From the IMG/VR virus record IMGVR_UViG_2695420859_000012: a stretch of DNA of 64,000 bases. The stretch is one strand, 5' to 3'. The translations under genes were made by a program, and so were the position numbers. This document shows, piece after piece, positions 61,139 to 64,000 of this stretch (its first letter is position 1; each line of letters begins with the position of its first letter). Below the pieces are notes generated by a model. That model did no database searches. It was not told where the DNA came from and saw only the letters and a list, made by a program, of their open reading frames with translations. Source of the DNA: a virus (lineage: Duplodnaviria > Heunggongvirae > Uroviricota > Caudoviricetes).

Positions 61139-62470
61139 CTATTGCTCAACCATTTCTGGGGTGATCTTGATTTTTCCTGTCACGGCGCTGTTGATCAGGG
61201 TGGTTTTATATTCTTTAAGCTTTTCGATTTGTATTTTTTGATACTCTATAGCTCGCTCAACATCACCATTTAATCTGTTAATGTACGTAATAATTCCATC
61301 TCGTTCATTTTTAGAAGGGGGGAAAGGCACAAAAATGCTATTAAGATTCCCCACTGTAAGCTGATTAATTGTTGATGTAAGAAATGTCCCTGATAACATT
61401 TTGAAAACATCACTATTTAGAATGCAAAATAAATACTCATTGTGTTTAGATCTGAATACCGTAGTAAAGGCCCCGAAGCTGTTTCCCTCATCAGCGTCAG
61501 ATACAAATGCACACTTGCCAATTAGGTCTCGACTTCCATTCCTGGAGCATATCAAAATATCACCTTTTTTAAGCTTTAAGTGCTCAGGAATAAAGCAATT
61601 GACATAAACATTTTCCTTTTCACCATACTTAAACTTCCCTTCGTATAAGTTTGATGATCGCGCAACTAGAGTTCCGCCTTTTTCATCACTTAAATCATTT
61701 GGCGAATAAGTTAACCCAATGATCGATTTACCAAGATATTTTAACCTCTTAACGTCCCAATGCGCTGGAATCTTACCAATCCAATCCACACCGGAGTCTT
61801 TCATTGGCACATTGGGATCAAGCCCTTGGGTCACCGCCTGTTGGATGATGATCTGCTTACGCTCTTTCAGCAGGCTAATTTGCTGCTCTTTGATCGAAAT
61901 CGCTTCGTCGATTAGAGCGGTTTTCTTGTCGAGAAAATTTGCAATTAGGGACTGCTCTTCTTCTGAAGGCAGGACAAAAGGAATCACCTTCATCCGTGCT
62001 TTTGAAAGGTCCCACTGACCAATCCTTACACCATCTGATGCACTACCAAAAAACGATACATATAACTTACTGCGTATCGCCCAATTGAAAAACTCAGGAT
62101 TTATTGCCTTTGTAAAATCAAAAATAAAATACGCAGGACTTACAATTCCAGTGAACTTTGATACACCGTAAGAACCCTGCCACGCTTTCATTTTATTCAT
62201 TCCAAATTGACCTTTCTCAAGCTTTTTATAGCCGCTAAGATCATCTGGTATAAAATTGTGATTTGACTCTTGATTATCCACGTCTCTCTCGATAACACCT
62301 TGTTCGCGTGTTATCGAAAGTAGTGGCAATTCAGGGCAGTTTTTGACCGACACCGGAGATAGGCACGAGCCTAACTTAACCAAGTCCCAATGCTCTGGAA
62401 TCTCGCCAATCCACTCATAACCAGAGTCACTATATTGATCATACTTTAGCGTTGAGGTAATGCTTTCCAT
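61139..62470 (-). CDS. hsdS: Type I restriction-modification specificity subunit
   Basis: 443 aa with two target-recognition-domain halves, each introduced by an IP(E/A)HWD-type motif (GEIPEHWDLVKL and GKIPAHWDVKRL); start overlaps the hsdM stop. Confidence 0.8.
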   Translation of the reverse strand: MESITSTLKYDQYSDSGYEWIGEIPEHWDLVKLGSCLSPVSVKNCPELPLLSITREQGVIERDVDNQESNHNFIPDDLSGYKKLEKGQFGMNKMKAWQGSYGVSKFTGIVSPAYFIFDFTKAINPEFFNWAIRSKLYVSFFGSASDGVRIGQWDLSKARMKVIPFVLPSEEEQSLIANFLDKKTALIDEAISIKEQQISLLKERKQIIIQQAVTQGLDPNVPMKDSGVDWIGKIPAHWDVKRLKYLGKSIIGLTYSPNDLSDEKGGTLVARSSNLYEGKFKYGEKENVYVNCFIPEHLKLKKGDILICSRNGSRDLIGKCAFVSDADEGNSFGAFTTVFRSKHNEYLFCILNSDVFKMLSGTFLTSTINQLTVGNLNSIFVPFPPSKNERDGIITYINRLNGDVERAIEYQKIQIEKLKEYKTTLINSAVTGKIKITPEMVEQ

Positions 62471-64000
62471 TAGGCTTCTCCCTGAACTTCCGCCACTTTC
62501 ACGCCTAATATTTGTGCAATCAAACCATCAGCCTTCTGCTCTAGATTGATAATGTCAGTTGCTACTTCTTCAAGACTACGTAATGGCTTATGCAGATAGA
62601 AATACTTATTGAAGCTGATTTCATAGCCAATTTTTACCGTATCTAGGTTTATCCATGCTTCATCGACATGAGGCTTCACTTCATCTAGGAAGTACTGGTA
62701 AATGCTTTGCTTTAATGGAACAGATTCTGTATCTCGCAGGTCTGAATTGGTCTCGTAAGTGATATACTCGCCTTTTTTACCGCCTTCTGCTGAAGGAACG
62801 GGGTAATAACCAAAATCTGGCAAGTCAGCGACTTCACACTCATAGCGCTCCAGCAGGTCGTTTAATTTATCACCCGTTAATTTAACTACCTTTTTAACCA
62901 CTTTCTTGGCGGTTTCGTCATACCAGCTCACCGCGTGAAGAATGGCATTTTTCTCAGGTGCTGAAAGCTTAATAGCATGGGCTTTTAGCGATTTATCAAC
63001 TTGGGTTTTAAAGCTATTGAAGTCATCAAATTCAATGCTACCGATGTCAGCCATCAGCGTTTGTGCAGTTTCAAGCAATGCTTTTAGCGCCAGCCAGTGT
63101 TTCACATCAAGCAGTTTGGCCTTAGCCTTAGCATTGAGACTGATGTCGTTATCTTCACACCAAGAAAGAATGTCTTTCTCGATGGATTTTAAGAAGCTCT
63201 TTTTCTGATCTGACCCGTAGCCAGTTTTTTCGTAAACACGTTCGCCGTGCTCTGCGTACACGTACTCCATCACTTCACTAAGTTGCTTATCAAAACGCAG
63301 TGGGGCTATGGCATCTTGAGTAAACTTGGCTTTGCGGCGATCTGGGCGCTCGATAGTGACTTTGTAGTAGCCAAAATCGTCATTGCTGAATACCTTACTG
63401 GCGATGCCAACAGGATCATTGTTTGCATCCAGTGCTCTTTCAACATCCTTACACGCGAGGTAAGTATCGGTAATTTCCGTGATGTGCTCAGGCGCAAATT
63501 CGCAGTTTTTGTTACCTAAGTTCTTGCGCAACTTACGGTAGAGCAAGCTGGCATCAATTAATTGCACCTTACCTTTACGCGCCTCAGGTTTATTGTTGCT
63601 CAACACCCAAATGTAAGTGGTAATGCCAGTGTTATAGAACAGGTTATTAGGTAACTGAACGATGGCATCTAGCATGTCGTTTTCAATGATGAAGCGACGA
63701 ATATTACTTTCACCACCGCCCGCATCTCCGGTAAAGAGCGATGAGCCGTTATGAACAGAGGCAATCCGGCTGCCTAATGGACTTACGCTCGGATCTTTCA
63801 TCTTGTTGACCATCTCCATTAAGAAAAGCAGCTGGCCATCACTCGAACGTGGCGTGGCATCCACCACTTCGAGATTTCCCCAATAGTCTTTCAGGCTAAC
63901 CTTAAAACGCGGGTCAATCACATCACTGCCGTCTTTAATGTACTTCTGTTCAGACGCCCAACTCTTACCGTATGGCGGGTTAGACAACATAAAGTCAAAG
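62470..64000 (-). CDS. hsdM: Type I restriction-modification methyltransferase subunit (5' end beyond window)
   Basis: Frame is open to the window edge; NPPYG motif IV sits at the in-window N-terminus, so motifs X and I must lie upstream of 64000. Confidence 0.85.
   Translation of the reverse strand, partial: FDFMLSNPPYGKSWASEQKYIKDGSDVIDPRFKVSLKDYWGNLEVVDATPRSSDGQLLFLMEMVNKMKDPSVSPLGSRIASVHNGSSLFTGDAGGGESNIRRFIIENDMLDAIVQLPNNLFYNTGITTYIWVLSNNKPEARKGKVQLIDASLLYRKLRKNLGNKNCEFAPEHITEITDTYLACKDVERALDANNDPVGIASKVFSNDDFGYYKVTIERPDRRKAKFTQDAIAPLRFDKQLSEVMEYVYAEHGERVYEKTGYGSDQKKSFLKSIEKDILSWCEDNDISLNAKAKAKLLDVKHWLALKALLETAQTLMADIGSIEFDDFNSFKTQVDKSLKAHAIKLSAPEKNAILHAVSWYDETAKKVVKKVVKLTGDKLNDLLERYECEVADLPDFGYYPVPSAEGGKKGEYITYETNSDLRDTESVPLKQSIYQYFLDEVKPHVDEAWINLDTVKIGYEISFNKYFYLHKPLRSLEEVATDIINLEQKADGLIAQILGVKVAEVQGEA

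Overview
This window reads as a siphovirus-type phage-plasmid backbone (possibly SSU5/pHCM2-like) from an enterobacterium, carrying two IS-bounded accessory insertions. No tools were run: family names are assigned from motifs recognised by eye, nothing was searched against a database, and coordinates of non-ORF features are approximate (about +/-5 bp). Layout: (1) 1-13003, a reverse-strand late/structural operon (small and large terminase, portal, scaffold, major capsid, Ig-like decoration protein, head-tail proteins, major tail protein, G/G-T chaperones, tape measure running off the window start). (2) 13200-16391, a translationally coupled five-gene operon of two ParB-like nuclease-domain proteins, an ABC-type ATPase, a GNAT-like protein and a small wHTH protein. 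(3) 16456-21100, a forward-strand block with an SF2 helicase, a lipoprotein, secreted proteins and a low-GC three-gene cassette. (4) 21300-35700, small reverse-strand genes sharing a conserved upstream motif, interrupted by a 1.5 kb repeat-rich non-coding region and by a captured host segment: near-native metG and mrp/apbC with a 127-bp IS1 end remnant at the junction. (5) 35804-52120, a DNA-metabolism module (RNase HI, Dam-like methyltransferase, DEDDh exonuclease, P-loop kinase, DHFR, thymidylate synthase, NrdAB, RuvC-like resolvase, Rad50/Mre11-like pair). (6) 53095-54970, an iteron replicon (DnaA box, GATC cluster, repA, iterons on both sides). (7) 56233-64000, an IS3-family transposase remnant and a type I R-M operon with a NucS-like/DUF4268 gene, hsdM running off the window end. 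No CRISPR array, rRNA or convincing tRNA was found. The points most worth follow-up are the IS1-marked capture of metG-mrp, the unexplained ParB/ABC/GNAT operon, the repeat-rich non-coding regions and the two recurring intergenic motif families.
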